DNA of 60,621 nt, filler included, from Nemertoderma westbladi (GCA_032718475.1; 3 parts of 3 records of this genome joined end to end with filler, not necessarily neighbours in it); one strand, 5' to 3'; counted from the first letter of the whole stretch, positions 35,905 to 49,110 are shown. Notes: a model not told the origin generated them from the sequence alone. Translations and numbers: made by a program.

Positions 35905-37359
35905 TCAAACAAAACGGACAGAAACCACACCGACTACATGCAGTTGCTTATATTTACATACATGTTACAATAAAAAAAATACAAAAATAAGCCTAGGTAA
36001 GTACTGAAGTAACTACAAAAAACCGCAACCAACTACACCACAGCGGTCATGTAGTACTGGTCTAGGTACCGGACCGGTACAGGACCCCGGGGTGGGGTGC
36101 TGCCCAATATCCCCTCCCTTGTAACTACGCGTAGTTCGTAGTTTTTAGGGCCTATCCTTCTTTATATTACATATACGTGACAGCACATTGCCTAACCAGA
36201 TCCATTCAAAACAATAGTAGCAAGTAAACAACATTAAACAAACATGCACCTTTAATAATGACACCCCAGGGGAAAAAGACCCAAACACCTATACAGTATG
36301 TATTATTTGGTTATCAGTTCTATAATGTGTAATCCTAAACTAAAGAAATATACTTATGCTGGCTGGTTATACCCAACACGTTCGTGGGGGCTCATAGTAA
36401 ATGAGCGTATTTCTACTGTACAAAATACACAATAGGGCCTACAATCTGTGCGTAGTTAAGCCGCACCCTAGTTACAAATGTGACGTATAACCTACGTATT
36501 ATATCCCTAAAGATTTAATTAGTATTGGCACCAAAATAAATGAAAATATACAGTATGTAACATGAAGCGCTGAAATTTACACTCATTGAGGAGCAAAACA
36601 AAATAAAATAAATTAAATATCTCCTACGAATTTTTATATAATATGTTTAAAGAACTAAACTGAAAACCTTATAAGTATTATATCCCTAAAGATTTCCAAA
36701 ATCGATTCCGGCATTTAATTAGTATTGGCACCAAAATAAATGAAGATATACAGTATGTAAATTGAAGCATTCTTTACACTCATTGAGGAGCAAAACAAAC
36801 TAAAATAAATTAAATTAAATATCTTCTACGAATTTTTATATATAATATGTTTAAGAACTTAAACTGAAACCTTTAAACTAATTTCTAATAGATATATTTA
36901 CAATACCTAAAAATACATCGCAATATACAGTAAATAACTGAAACAGAAAGTATAATATCCGCACAAATTTCATATTAAATATTTCATATATAATTAATAT
37001 ACTTGCCGACTCCCCCAACGTAGTGTTATCCAATATGTTGCTTAGACGCAAAATATGTAGTAAATGAGCGTATTTCTACTGTACCATAAGGTACATTAGG
37101 GTTCAAAAAATATATGTACGTAACAGTTTACTAATGTGACGTTTACTTACGAGCTAGATTCCTTTAAACTAAATTTGGGTATTAAAGCCTAAATAAATTT
37201 ACAATACACAGCCCCGAAGCTTTATAATTGGTTTTTTCCTTTCCCAAAAATACGTAATCACATGCGCTTACTTTATGTTACATGTAAATCAGTTTATATG
37301 ATTGATGTAATAGTTTCGCCACCAAATAAGAGCGGAACCGCTTGGTAATTATATGGTGT

Positions 37360-38226
37360 TCAAATTGCGGGTTTAGACGCATTCCATGGCGGTTTAAACC
37401 TGTATATGTAATTTGCCTCGGCATGGATCCTACTCGAGTCATCCCTGAACCTCCGGAAAGCCGTCACTCTCAGGTTCGATATTGGGCAAGACAGAAAATG
37501 CTCAAGAAGGATGTACTCGACGTTGTCGCATACATCCGGTTCAGCTTCCCTTCTGTAAGCCCTCATGGTCGACCTGTGTTTTGACAGTCGTTCCCGCAGG
37601 GCTTGCTCGGTTTGACCGATGTAGAAACCTTCACCGTGAGCTGTACACGTTAAAATATAAAGAACGTTAACCGATACACAATTGAAAGACACTGTAATCC
37701 CCTCCCCCCACGGAGTTTCTTTAAAGTCCCTCATTGCATTACATGTTAAACATCTAGCCCTCCCACACGGTCAGTTCCCCCTCCCCCCCCCCCCCCCCCC
37801 CCCTTTTCTCTACTAACATATTCCCCAAGTTTCTACCGGGCGTCGGTGTCATAGTGATACTGAAACCCTCCCTGTTTAGTGCCTCCCTATGCTGTCTAAT
37901 GGTATTCCTCGTTGGTCCTGCATAGCGCATGTCCATCGAGAAATATGAGACGTCCATGTCCCGTTCCTTTTCCACCCTACACCTCCCCGCCCCGGGTTTA
38001 AACTTCCCATCTACCGCCAGTCTCCTTAATCTTTCCAACAGTGCCCGTGGATAACCCGAAATCAAACTATCTGTCAGATATCTGTCAACGGCGATATTCA
38101 ACGCCTCCCCCCCTCCCGTGAGTCTGACGTATCTTTGTAATTGGCCCGACACTACCGCCTCCAACATCCTTGCACTATGGAAACTCGAATACGGAATCGG
38201 TAATTTCCTCGAAAAGGGTTTAAAAT
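37360..38226 (-). pseudogene. Penelope-like RT C-terminus + GIY-YIG endonuclease (frameshifted in a G-run)
   Basis: HFKP...SFHS...GQLQRYVRL; PCGRARCLTC; NVLYILTC..FYIGQT..LRERLSKH..EHF..EANYI. Confidence 0.82.
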
Positions 38227-38974
38227 GCACCCCAATTTTGAAAACCATCAAATATATCAATTGATTGTGTCACCTTGTTTCTTGCGTTATACGGGTTTGT
38301 GATGGTTCTGAATTCAATGGAATCAGTAAAAATTTCATAAGAGTCCTCAAACTTGTATTTTTCGCCGGTGGGTGAAAATTGTTGTGCCAGCACCAAATTT
38401 TGGAAAATATGCAAATTGATAAGTAGATAGTATCACCTTGTTTCTTGCGTTATACGGGTTTATGAGGGTCCTGAATCCGATGGAATCAATAAAAACAGCA
38501 CTGGGCATCGCAAACTTGTACTTTTTGGTGATGGGTATGAAATTTGGTGCTAGCACCAAAATTTGCTAAATTACGCCGAAAAATACAAGTAGCAATGATC
38601 TGGCATATTAGAAATGTATTCCATTTGAATCAGCGCCCTCGAAAACCTGAAAATGTGAATTTATAGCATCGTATAAGTGAATTAAAAATTTTGTGTTCTA
38701 ACTGAAAAGTGCTGGTTACTTGTATTTTTCATTTTTTCCCTACGCAGATAGGACTAAACAGCCATTTATAGTAATCATATAATTTTATTATATTAATTGG
38801 TAATATATAGGTAATATATAGTGGTATATATAATTGGTAATGTTATTGATGGATTATTTCACTATAAGGTAGCATTTGTAGCTTAACGTAAAAACTTTCT
38901 AAAATCCGACGCATTTTGATTAAATTACAGTAATGTAATATGCCTATTCATATTGGTACTCATAAACCCATAGG

Positions 38975-39055
38975 TAACTCTATTGGCGCAGTGGTCAGAT
39001 GATTAAGGCGTTGGTTACATTATAAGTAGGTTACGAGTTCGAATCCTGGTCGGGA
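38975..39055 (+). mobile_element. tRNA-derived Pol III head (SINE-like)
   Basis: A box TGGCGCAGTGG, B box GAGTTCGAATCC; no proper cloverleaf. Confidence 0.5.
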
Positions 39056-39123
39056 AATTGCATTTTTGGGCTATTTTATTTCGCTTTGATTAAATTAGAT
39101 AAGCCAAAGAGGTACGTACAACA

Positions 39124-39426
39124 TGTGGAACGATGAGTTGGGCCAATCATAGGGCATAGAACATCTTATTGCTCCAATGTGAGGCCATGGAATGCTCTGG
39201 AAGGTTCTAGCGGATTCTATGTCCCAGATTTGCTATATAAGGGCTGGTTTGCCTTCGGTTATCACCTTGTTTTTTCTATTATCACTCTCACTAATGTTAA
39301 CTAGTTATCACACTTAAACTTAGAATTATGTAAATTTGGTAAATAAATCTTTTGTAAATTACGTAAATATACTGTAAACTTTGAACATGTATATTTCTAT
39401 TTGCCCACCATTGGGACAGCCAAGCA
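39124..39426 (+). mobile_element. LTR-like segment
   Basis: TG...CA ends with CCAAT, TATATAA and AATAAA in order, followed by TTTGG; no second LTR found. Confidence 0.35.
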
Positions 39427-41300
39427 TTTGGAAGATGGCAGCCTAGACCGTTAGGCCATCAGGAACGCAGGGAAGTTGTCCACAACACGCTAGCGCCCAC
39501 ATTAGATTAGCCCGCGCACCCCCTTCGCCCCTTCTAAATACTCCACCTTTGCTATGCAGCGCCCGATTCAGAGGAAGGTAAGACTTTGTTTGACGTCCTT
39601 GCCCGCCGTAAGACCTATAGATCAGGGTAAGCGTGACGCCATCCTGGGACGCCGCAAAATTTAGGATCAAATAGCTAAGCTACAGACAGGAACCAGTACT
39701 ACAAGTCCCCGGATTAACCTGTATTCCCTACAGGTGTGAACCATTGCTGTTCATCAGTACGCAAGTACACATTAGGTACAGACAGCATACGTTCCATAAT
39801 TTAGTGACTTGCGATACTGACAGTTCGGTACCGGTTTCATTTCGTAGTTTATACATTTAGTACCCCCCCCCCCCCCCCCCTGCCTGAACCTAAGTTATTT
39901 GATCAGGCAAGGAGTATTTCTGCTACCGGCACTCGCTTGGCCTAGGGAGGTTTATTAATATCCTACCGCGGCTTGCCACATACTGATAGGTATTTGCTGC
40001 TAACCACCGCAGCAACAAAATTCTAGAATCAAATTTGTATACCAGATCAGCTAACGTACGGTAGCAATTAACCCCTATTTCTTATCTTACAACCAGAATC
40101 TGGTATTTGTGCCGATCACGGGTGTAGTTACTAACACCGTAATTGCCCTGTTGAGTTGTGGATAGGAAGGAGAGAGCTTTGACGTCATTTGTAAGTATAA
40201 AGTTCTACAGAGTGACTAGCTTATTTTCGTAGCTAGCGCACGGTATTGTTTCAGTCAGTAAATCACTAAAACCTAGTACAATGGAGTACACCAAAATTGT
40301 TTTATTTGTAACACACCCACACACACACGCCCTAAAACATATGTACCCTTAGAGCTCTACTAGTTGTAGCATACTTTAGGTTACTTTCAGACAGAATCTA
40401 TTTGTAATTTACTATTCGTAATTTGTAAACTTAGGATCTGATATTTAGTTACGGCAAGGAGTAGTATTTACTTATTAGACTGTTGTTTGTCTGAGTAGCA
40501 GTATCGTTATTTTAGGCACGACCCTTTTTAGACTGATTTAGTACAGGTCAGTATTGTTACGCTAGTCTGTTAATCCACTAGCTCGTATATAAACCATATA
40601 ATATAAATCACACCACGGCAAGTGACGGTATTTAGGTCCGTTAGCGATAGTTAGGATTCGCTGCGCGAGGATTGTTTTCCCGTGAGTTTGGTCTGTAACC
40701 GTAACTGTACATCTGCCTCACCGGTTAGAGTCTAGTTTTTTGTCTAGTTCGTCGGGCATTTGACTCGCTCACATACTTAGAATAGACACCAGGCTCTGTT
40801 CCTCGCCAGTAGTTGTTCGCGTATTTGTATCTGTTTGTTTAGACACCCTGGACTGGGATTTGTTGTCAGATACTGTACGAGCCCGTATACACTACTAGAT
40901 CTTACGGTAAGATACATCGTTACTAGGATCCGGTAAGCGGTATACTACTGGACTTTTCAAGCCATTTATTTATAGTAATCATATCATTTTGTAATATTTT
41001 CCAATGTATTTTGCACCCCAGAAAACCTGTATTGAAAAATAATTAGCCGAAAATGTAACTTTCAAATTTGGTGAAAATTGTGCACTACTTGTAATTTTGG
41101 TGCTGCAATATAACCAACCCAGTACATTTTTTCGAAAATTTTTTTTTTTCGGTCGGATCCAGACAAGTGATACCTACGTACAAACAAAAAATCAGACGTT
41201 TTCGTAAATATTTGTAGATTTTAGAGGGAAGGTCAATATGACCCCCCCCCCCCCCCCGGTATTTGTACAACATTTTATAGCCCGGTACTAATAGGGTTAA

Positions 41301-42845
41301 GACCAATCGTGCCAGTGGAGTAGATGGTGTTCCCCCTGAGGTCTTTAAAATACCTGAGTGTTTAAAGCTCATCTATCCCATCATAGTAGACATGTACCGT
41401 ACAACAAGAGTCCCACAAGAAATGAAAACAAATAAGTTGGTGCCAGTTCCCAAGAAGGGCAACCTAACACTCTATGGTTCTTTTCGGGGAATCTCATTGA
41501 TCTCGATTGCTGCAAAGCTATACAATAGAATTCTATTAAATCGCATCAGGAATCCCATTGAGAGACTGCTCCGTGGAAATCAGAATGGGTTCCGTAAAGG
41601 TCGTGGGACCATGGAGCCCATTTTGGCACTTAGAAGGATAATTGAAGAGTTATCAAAAAAGAAAGACAGGCATCTGGCTGTTTTCTTTGTTGACTTCTTC
41701 AAGGCCTTTGATTCAGTCTCTCGCTCACGTATGTTCAGCATACTTTCATTATATGGGATTCCTGGTGAAATTATTGCAGCAATCAGATCAGTATACGATG
41801 GTTCGACAACATTTGTGTCTACTGTTGACGGTGACACAGAACCATTTGAAGTGTTATGGGGCGTCCTCCAGGGAGACACACTTGCACCATTCTTGTTCAT
41901 AATTGTTGTTGACTATGTTCTACGCATGTCCTTAGATCATCATAATGATGATGGGGTGATGATAACTCCAACTACTGGCTCCAGAAGTCGAGGAAATCCT
42001 GCCAAGTACCTAACTGATCTAGACTTTGCTGATGACTTAGGAGTACTCTCAGAATCACTAGAGGGAGCCCAACGGCTCCTCAGCTCATTAGAACATGCTG
42101 CTTCTATTGTTGGTCTTTTTATTAACTCCAGAAAGACCAAAATTTTGACAGTTAACTTTGAAAGTCCTCAGCAAGTCTCTGATCGGATGAGCATAAGCTC
42201 AAAATATGGTATGCTTGAGCATGTGGATGACTTCTGTTACCTGGGATCATGGATCCGGAAGTCAGGTGAGGACCTTCGAATACGTAAGGGAAAGGCATGG
42301 GCAGCCTTGAATAGGCTTTCCAGGATTTGGAAGTCACCGAGAATTAATCGGAAACTTAAGGTCCGGTTATTTAGAGCAGCAGTAGTTCCAGTACTCCTCT
42401 ATGGGAGTCCATGCTGGGCTCTAACTGCTGAGGACACCAAATCTCTGGATGGCACATTCACAAGAATGCTACGCCGGGTTTATTGTGTCAAGTTCAATGC
42501 ACACATCTCCAACCAGACACTATATAACATTGGAGGTGTCTCATTGGTTCCCCCAAGCTTGACACTAGAACAAAATCGCCTCCGCTGTGCAGGACATTGC
42601 TTTCGCCGTGAGGACCAGCCAGTGCATAATCTTGTACTTTGGCAGCCTCATGGAGTGAATAAGCATGGTGGACAGCCCATGACTTTCTTGAGACGCATCT
42701 TAAAGGACACTGGCCATGAAGATGCGGATGATCTAGCAAATGTCATGGGTAATAGGGAGTTGTGGCTGTGCAATTTTGTCGATAGCCGGCACAGCATTCT
42801 TAAAATGCAGCTGCAATGCAGCATGCCGATCCTAGTAGTAGTAGT
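41301..42845 (+). mobile_element. RTE LINE, 3' half (RT ORF 41392-42858)
   Basis: RT motifs intact, (TAG)n tail; continues 32985-35066. Confidence 0.93.
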
Positions 42846-43762
42846 TCACAAAATTTGAAAGTTACATTTTTCGGCTAATTGTTTTTCAATATAGGTTTTC
42901 TGGGGCGCAAAATACATTGGAAAATATTTAAAAATAATATGATTACTATAAATGGCTGTTTAGTCCTCTCTGCGTATGCAAAAAACGAAAAAAACAAGTA
43001 CCCATCACTTTTCAGTTAGAACACAAAATTTTTAATTCACTTACACGATGCTATAAATTCACATTTGCAGGTTTTCTAGGGCGCTGATTCTAATGGAATA
43101 CATTTCTAATATGCCAGATCATTGCTACTTGTATTTTTCGTAGTAACTTGGCAAATTTTGGTGCTAGCACCAAATTTCGTACCCATCACCAAAAAGTACA
43201 AGTTTGCGATGTCCAGTGCTGTTTTTATTCATTCCATCGGATTCAGGACCCAGTCATAAGGGGCCGTCCAAGTATGACGTCAGCACTTTAGGGGGGGGAG
43301 GTGGGTTGGGAAAATCTGATGACGTGCTGATGAGGGGAGGGGAGGGGGTCAGCCAAAATCTGACGTCAGCATGTTCATTTATAGGTGCTAGAAGAGATAT
43401 AGCTATTGAAGATAGATTCAGTCCCTGGCTGATAACTATTATTATATTATAATATTAATTAATAATTAATAATTTACTATAATTATATAATTCATAATTT
43501 GATTAAAAATAATAATTTAATGATTTACAAGTGATTATAAATAATCTTCATAATATAATAGTTTGTTACAAAAATTTTTTTTAATCTGATTTAGGGGAGG
43601 GGGGGGGTATCAACGCCTATCTGATGACATCTGATTTAGGGGAGGGAGGGGGTCAACATTTTGGGGAAAAGTCATACTTGGACGGTCCCTAAACCCATAT
43701 AACGCAAGAAACAAGATGATACTATCTACCGATCAATTTGCTTATTTACAAAAATTTGGTTC
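42846..43762 (-). mobile_element. Inverted internal fragment of the piggyBac-like element
   Basis: Reverse complement matches 38390-38780 joined to 40960-41075. Confidence 0.8.
43260..43689. mobile_element. PIF/Harbinger (Tourist-like) MITE with TAA TSD
   Basis: TAA|GGGGCCGTCCAAGTATGAC ... GTCATACTTGGACGGTCCC|TAA; the empty site is visible near 38460. Confidence 0.85.
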
Positions 43763-43767
43763 CAGAA

Positions 43768-44002
43768 TGAGGACCAGACAGTGCATAATCTTGTACTTTG
43801 GCATCCTCATGGAGTGAATAAGCATGGTGGACAGCCCATGACTTTCTTGAGACGCATCTTAAAGGACACTGGCCTTGAAGATGCGGATGATCTAGCAAAT
43901 GTCATGGGTGATAGGGAGTTGTGGCGGTGCAATTTTGTCGATAAGCCGGCACAACATTCTTAAAAATGCAGCTGCAATGCAGCATGCCGATCCTAGTAGT
44001 AG
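43768..44002 (+). mobile_element. RTE 3' terminal fragment
   Basis: HNLVLW..NKHGGQP region plus 3' UTR and TAG tail. Confidence 0.9.
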
Positions 44003-44245
44003 TCTTCGTGTCCGACCTACCATCAACTATATTAAATATAATAAATTTAGTGCAATTTCTGTAATAATTATATTATGGTAAAGATACATTCAAGATCAAG
44101 TTCAAGTTGGATGGCCTCACATCAATAGAGTTTGTGGTACTACCTTTAGAGTATTTAATGTGGTGGTAATAATAATCATAATATCAGGTCATAGGATCAT
44201 GACAGACCATGACATGGTTTTACATAAACAATTTATGATTCTTAC

Positions 44246-44437
44246 CTGTAGATACATTGTTGTGCTTGTTTGTGGTTTGAAATTTCTCATTGTCAAAAAG
44301 GTAAGCGTGTTGCTAATCGTTCCAATAGCAGCAATGGACAGAAGACCAATTGTGGCTATTTGAGTAGCTAACTTGTATTGCCAATGTTGCTCAACTCTTT
44401 CAAAGAATGTTAACATGGAAATATTTGAAGCAGCCAT
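44246..44437 (-). CDS. Class A GPCR, exon 1 (N-terminus, TM1); spliced product about 315 aa
   Basis: MAASNIS (N-glycosylation sequon)...IGTISNTLTFLTM...STTMYLQ|GTAAG, phase 0, joins exon 2 in frame. Confidence 0.82.
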
Positions 44438-45324
44438 AGTTTCCTTCTGATAAATTTCCTATATACTTAACGAAAGTTGTATCGAAATGCAGATAACAAT
44501 GAATGTTACACTAGTATTTATTTGAAGCATGATGCATGAAGATTGAAAACAAATGCCAAAAAATGACAAAGATCTGAAAATAATTGGTTAATTAAAAAAT
44601 AATTCCTCTATTACTTGGTTGACCTTTAACTTCTCAAATTTGGATTAATGGATTTTGTTATTTTCTAAGGTAAATTACAAAATAATTGCCGCAACGCTCT
44701 TTGTTTTCTGAACCTGTAAATAATTATAATAGCTTTATTTTTCATATTCACAATCGCAAAGAGGTCATAATACATCATTAAACATAAAATCTCACATTCT
44801 TCTGTCATATCTATATTTTCCAAATATTTGAATTAATCTGACAAACAATGACACATAATGTCAGAATTTTGTGTCCAGCTTTATCAACATACCTGATAAA
44901 CACATACCGGAAGAGGATTCGACTATTTTGTGGCACAATTGAGTTAGAATCTTCGGAAGGTACAACGCAGGGCGACCCAGCTGCATTTCCCTGATCTGGT
45001 ATTTCAGTGACCAAACTACCAATGATGACAATGTAGTAACTCTTAGTTTGGTTGGTATATTAGTTCTGACTAATATAATAACTGGTTGTCAACTTTTCAT
45101 GACTAACAAATACGTATTCCCAGGTTATTCCACGATAAATGTTATACCCCTTACTGGAAGTATTTGTGTGTTTTTCGGCACTAGCTATTGGCTTGTTAAA
45201 ATAAACGAGGAAGGATTGACGCAAAGGAAATTTTCATTTCGTCATCATCGCATATCTGTGTCGCAAATAAGACTCTCCCAACAATAAATACATAGCTATT
45301 GTCCAACTGGACCGAACTGTAACA

Positions 45325-45765
45325 ATGTTCTCCAAGATTGATCGCAATGATCAAATGTTAACTCCTGCCACTTCCAGTTGTAACTTGGAAAAAAGAGAAG
45401 CTGATATGGATGAAGCAGACAGGTGGATTAAAGATTATAGTGAGACATCAGGAGATTATTATGAAAGAATTGGTCCAATCAATATGATAGAGCGAATTCG
45501 AATACGGGACATCTGGTTTGGAAACGAAGATTGTAACACTGTGATAATTAGAAGTGAGACAAATGTGTGGGTTTATAAAGTAACTGGAGAGTTGCTTCAA
45601 AGGCTCCCAATAAAGGTCGCCATAAATACCGGAACCCTTTACCGGTCTGATGTCTGGACTTCTGAGTTACAGGATAAGATGTATACCTCCATGAACTTTG
45701 TTCTACTTGATTCGCATAACATGATCGCTATATTTCATCCGGTGCCTATCTCAGTTAATAAATAG
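45325..45765 (+). CDS. Hypothetical 146-aa protein
   Basis: aacaATG start, protein-like composition within AT-rich DNA, downstream AATAAA near 45890; no family recognised. Confidence 0.35.
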   Translation: MFSKIDRNDQMLTPATSSCNLEKREADMDEADRWIKDYSETSGDYYERIGPINMIERIRIRDIWFGNEDCNTVIIRSETNVWVYKVTGELLQRLPIKVAINTGTLYRSDVWTSELQDKMYTSMNFVLLDSHNMIAIFHPVPISVNK

Positions 45766-46934
45766 ATTGATACGATATTTTTAGTAAATATATTTAAGTT
45801 AGCTTACTTCAAATTAACTTGTAATTATTTTCCTTGGCCGTCGCACACTAGATAAACCAAATATTTACGATGAATGTCCGTGTTTCTACAATAAACGTAA
45901 TAATTATTTTTCATTAATATGAAATAGTGGACCCTTTAGTTATCGGTGCTATGCCAATGCATTGCTGGATCATCTTAAGGAAGGATACAGTAGTTTATCA
46001 ATTATTTATTATAACTTATAATTAATATTTTCTGTAGTTTTATGATATATGTCAAATATAAATTTGTGTAAAATTAGTGCATAAAATATTGATGGCACAC
46101 ATTTGTATTCTTTATTCAAAATATTAAAATATTTTAATACTTTTGTGTATTCTTTTTTTTTGTTTTTGTGTCGTTTGTTTCTGTGTATGCTAACCAAATT
46201 ATTTATTTGCCATGATTTACTTTCAGTTTAGTACGCAGAATGTTTGAGGTACCTGATCTATAATTTGGTAACAGTACAAATTAAATTACAAATTTATGGC
46301 TAAATGTATCATGATTTCGAGATCACATCGTTGCTGTATTTCTAGTTAGTTATAGTTAGTTTATTGACAGTAAAGTAATATGGAATAACAATTATATTAC
46401 CCTATCTTTTCAATATATTTATTGCAAATACATTTCAAAGAAACCTGAATGTAGTCGTAAATATATTAGTAGGGGTGTGAGTCAGGAAATGTTTGGAAAT
46501 TTCATATACATTTTCCCGTAAACTTCCTAGCCATTTTCTGGAAATTTCCTATTTTATTAATTATTTATTTAGCACATTATGAAAACATATATTAAAACAC
46601 AAGTAAAGTAAACACTAGAAACTTTCTAGAAACAAGGGATTCCTGTCTAGATGCGTTTAGGTGGTTCGTTGACTTGTCTCTTGTGATCGGAACTACGGAT
46701 GAAATGTACTTTTCCGGAAATTTCCTTGAAAAACATATTTTAGGAAAACTCACATTATTAGACGTGGAAATTAGAAATTTGAAGCATGTTCCTGTTTATA
46801 TCGGTATAAAAACATCTGATCAAAAAATGCAACAATCGAAAGTGAAAAAAATAATAATTTCATAAGCTACAAAAATATTTACTGTTTTTAACACTAACTT
46901 TTTGATTTTGTTTTTCATATATATTGCTGTATTG

Positions 46935-48549
46935 TGAGAAGATAGCATCAACCTTAAGTGCACTTCAATTCCGCTGGAACCCAATCTACTATCGGGTGTG
47001 GGGTGGAGTTCTTTTCTCGGGGTTGGCTTTCCAGGCCTCCCCCCCTGGGTATGATATTACTACCACTCCTTGGTGCAATCACGAGCTATGTTGCACCAAG
47101 GCATCTGGAGTCTCTACAATCGTGCTTTCTCTTCACACGATTTTCTAGAACCTCTCTTACTCTAGGACCTCTTTGTCCCTCACTCTCTTTCTCGCGGACC
47201 TCGTTGTCCCTTACTCTCTCCCTTACTACTCGCTCCCCACACCGGAATTGCACTTTTCTCACCTCCATACATGTCAACACCTCCTGTCCACACTTCTCTC
47301 GTACTCACCCTACTAGACTTGTAAATATTTTAGGCACTCCGCCTGCGTCAGATTTTTAGTTAATAATTAATTACTGTAGATGCATTGGAATTGCAGGTAT
47401 TCTTCCGGTCTGCTTCCATCGAATTTAAACGGCTCCACTGGTGGCAGCTCGATCCTGGTCTTAATCGCATCAATGAGTGTTGCCATTCCCATCGCCTGTG
47501 CTTCCAATGGGTTCGACGGATGCTGTACAGACTCTCATGTTGTTGGGTGCGGTCCACCCATCGGGCCTGTCGACCTTTTCTGTGTCAGATATATCATTGG
47601 GGGTAATGGCCCCCTCCATATCTCTGTATCGACGATCTATTCTGGTCCAAGGGGTTCGGGGTTTTTATTCTTGGCTGAGTGTATTGCTGATATTGTAATG
47701 GGGGAATGTCACCCTGCCCCCCCCCCCCCCCCCCCACCAGTGTTATGTTTGGTACTGGGGTTGATGTTATCATATTTGGGCCCACACACCTATCGGCAAT
47801 AGCTCCCCCCTCCCCTGGATATATCTTATATCCCTGCATATTATAGTCATACTGGTGTGCAGGTACCGGTATAGGCCTATCCACTTCTTGCCTACCTACC
47901 GGTATGTACGCCGCGACTTCCGGATCTAATCCCGTTGTTTGCGCTACCCTATCGCCTACACCATCTCTTCCAGCATGGCCTATAGTATGTGCAGTAGGGC
48001 CTACAGTATGTCCTGCAGTCTACCTGTGTCCTTCCGGACCGAAGTTTAATCTTCTCGAATATTCCAAGAAGTCCTCCCCGCGACTACCGTACTCTCGATC
48101 GGCAGCTATATCCCATTGGGAAGTTTCTCTTCGATCCCCTCTCCTGCTCTCGTCCTTGTGCCGGTATATCCTGTACCCTTCTCCCGGAGTATGGTATATC
48201 TCACCAGGCTGCGTCTCTCCGGGGCGATGGCAATCTCCCGGAGTTCGACCCCAATGACTCTCTAACTCCATCTCTGCCACCGATTGGTTCCCTGTCCATC
48301 CTCGCTCTCCGGTTGCTCGTAGCAACGCTTCTTCTATTCTCTTCACTTCTTCTCTCTTCAGTGTAGCGCTCCGCTCATGAGATCTCTCTTCGACCTCCCG
48401 GTTAAACTCCACTGTTCTTCTTCCATCTTCCGACTGGGCTCGACGTCTCGTTGCTCACCCGCTCACGGCACCAACCTCTCTCTCTCTACCTGGTTGGACG
48501 CTCCTGGGGATATTCGCAATCCCCCTACTATTATCCCCCCCCCCCCCAT
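46935..48549 (-). pseudogene. Degraded BEL/Pao LTR-retrotransposon gag region
   Basis: Minus strand gives RIELPPVEPFKFDGSRPEEYLQF...NLTQAECLKYL (DUF1759-like) and an IARDC knuckle remnant; GC-rich; stops. Confidence 0.6.
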
Positions 48550-48649
48550 NNNNNNNNNNNNNNNNNNNNNNNNNNNNNNNNNNNNNNNNNNNNTTAATTA
48601 ATTAANNNNNNNNNNNNNNNNNNNNNNNNNNNNNNNNNNNNNNNNNNNN
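48550..48649. other. Assembly gap with TTAATTAATTAA linker
   Basis: N44-TTAATTAATTAA-N44. Confidence 0.95.
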
Positions 48650-49110
48650 CAGTACTCCTCTACTGGAGTCCATGCTGGGCTCTAACTGCTGAGGACACCA
48701 AATCTCTGGATGGCACATTCACAAGAATGCTACGCCGGGTTCATTGTGTCAAGTACAATGCACACATCTCCAACCAGACACTATATAACATTGGATGTGT
48801 CTCATTGGTTCCCCCAAGCTTGACACTAGAACGAAATCGCCTCCGCTTTGCAGGACATTGCTTTCGCCGTGAGGACCAGCCAGTGCATAATCTTGTATAC
48901 TTTGGCAGCCTCATGGAGTGAATAAGCATGGTGGACAGCCCATGACTTTCTTGAGACGCATCTTAAAGGACACTGGCCTTGAAGATGCAGATGATCTAGA
49001 AAATGTCATGGGTGATAGGGAGTTGTGGCGGTGCAATTTTGTTGACAAGCCGGCACAGCATTCTTAAAAATGCAGCTGCAATGCAGCATGCCGATCCTAG
49101 TAGTAGTAGT
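48650..49110 (+). mobile_element. RTE 3' fragment (truncated by the gap)
   Basis: Near identical to the RTE C-terminus; TAG tail. Confidence 0.92.

Larger units (their letters stand above)
35785..38226 (-). mobile_element. 5'-truncated Penelope-like element (RT thumb, Zn knuckle, GIY-YIG, long 3' region)
   Basis: Interrupts the piggyBac-like core between near-duplicated gcacc(c)aattttgaaa sequences; PLE coding motifs and a hammerhead motif. Confidence 0.8.
35067..41296 (+). mobile_element. piggyBac-like non-autonomous element (core about 1.6 kb) carrying two nested insertions
   Basis: TTAA TSD at 35063-35066 and 41297-41300; imperfect TIR CCCTATTA..CCGGG; the RTE resumes exactly after the TTAA. 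Confidence 0.88.

Noticed and set aside
37768-37776. In-frame TGA just before the PLE Cys motif read as selenocysteine
   Set aside because: It is not at a Cys position, the copy is truncated and frameshifted, the endonuclease is C-terminal unlike Naiad elements, and no SECIS was seen. A nonsense mutation is more likely.
43310-43340. CTGATGA motifs as a hammerhead or snoRNA box
   Set aside because: They are internal repeats of the Harbinger MITE, with no GAAA or stem arrangement.
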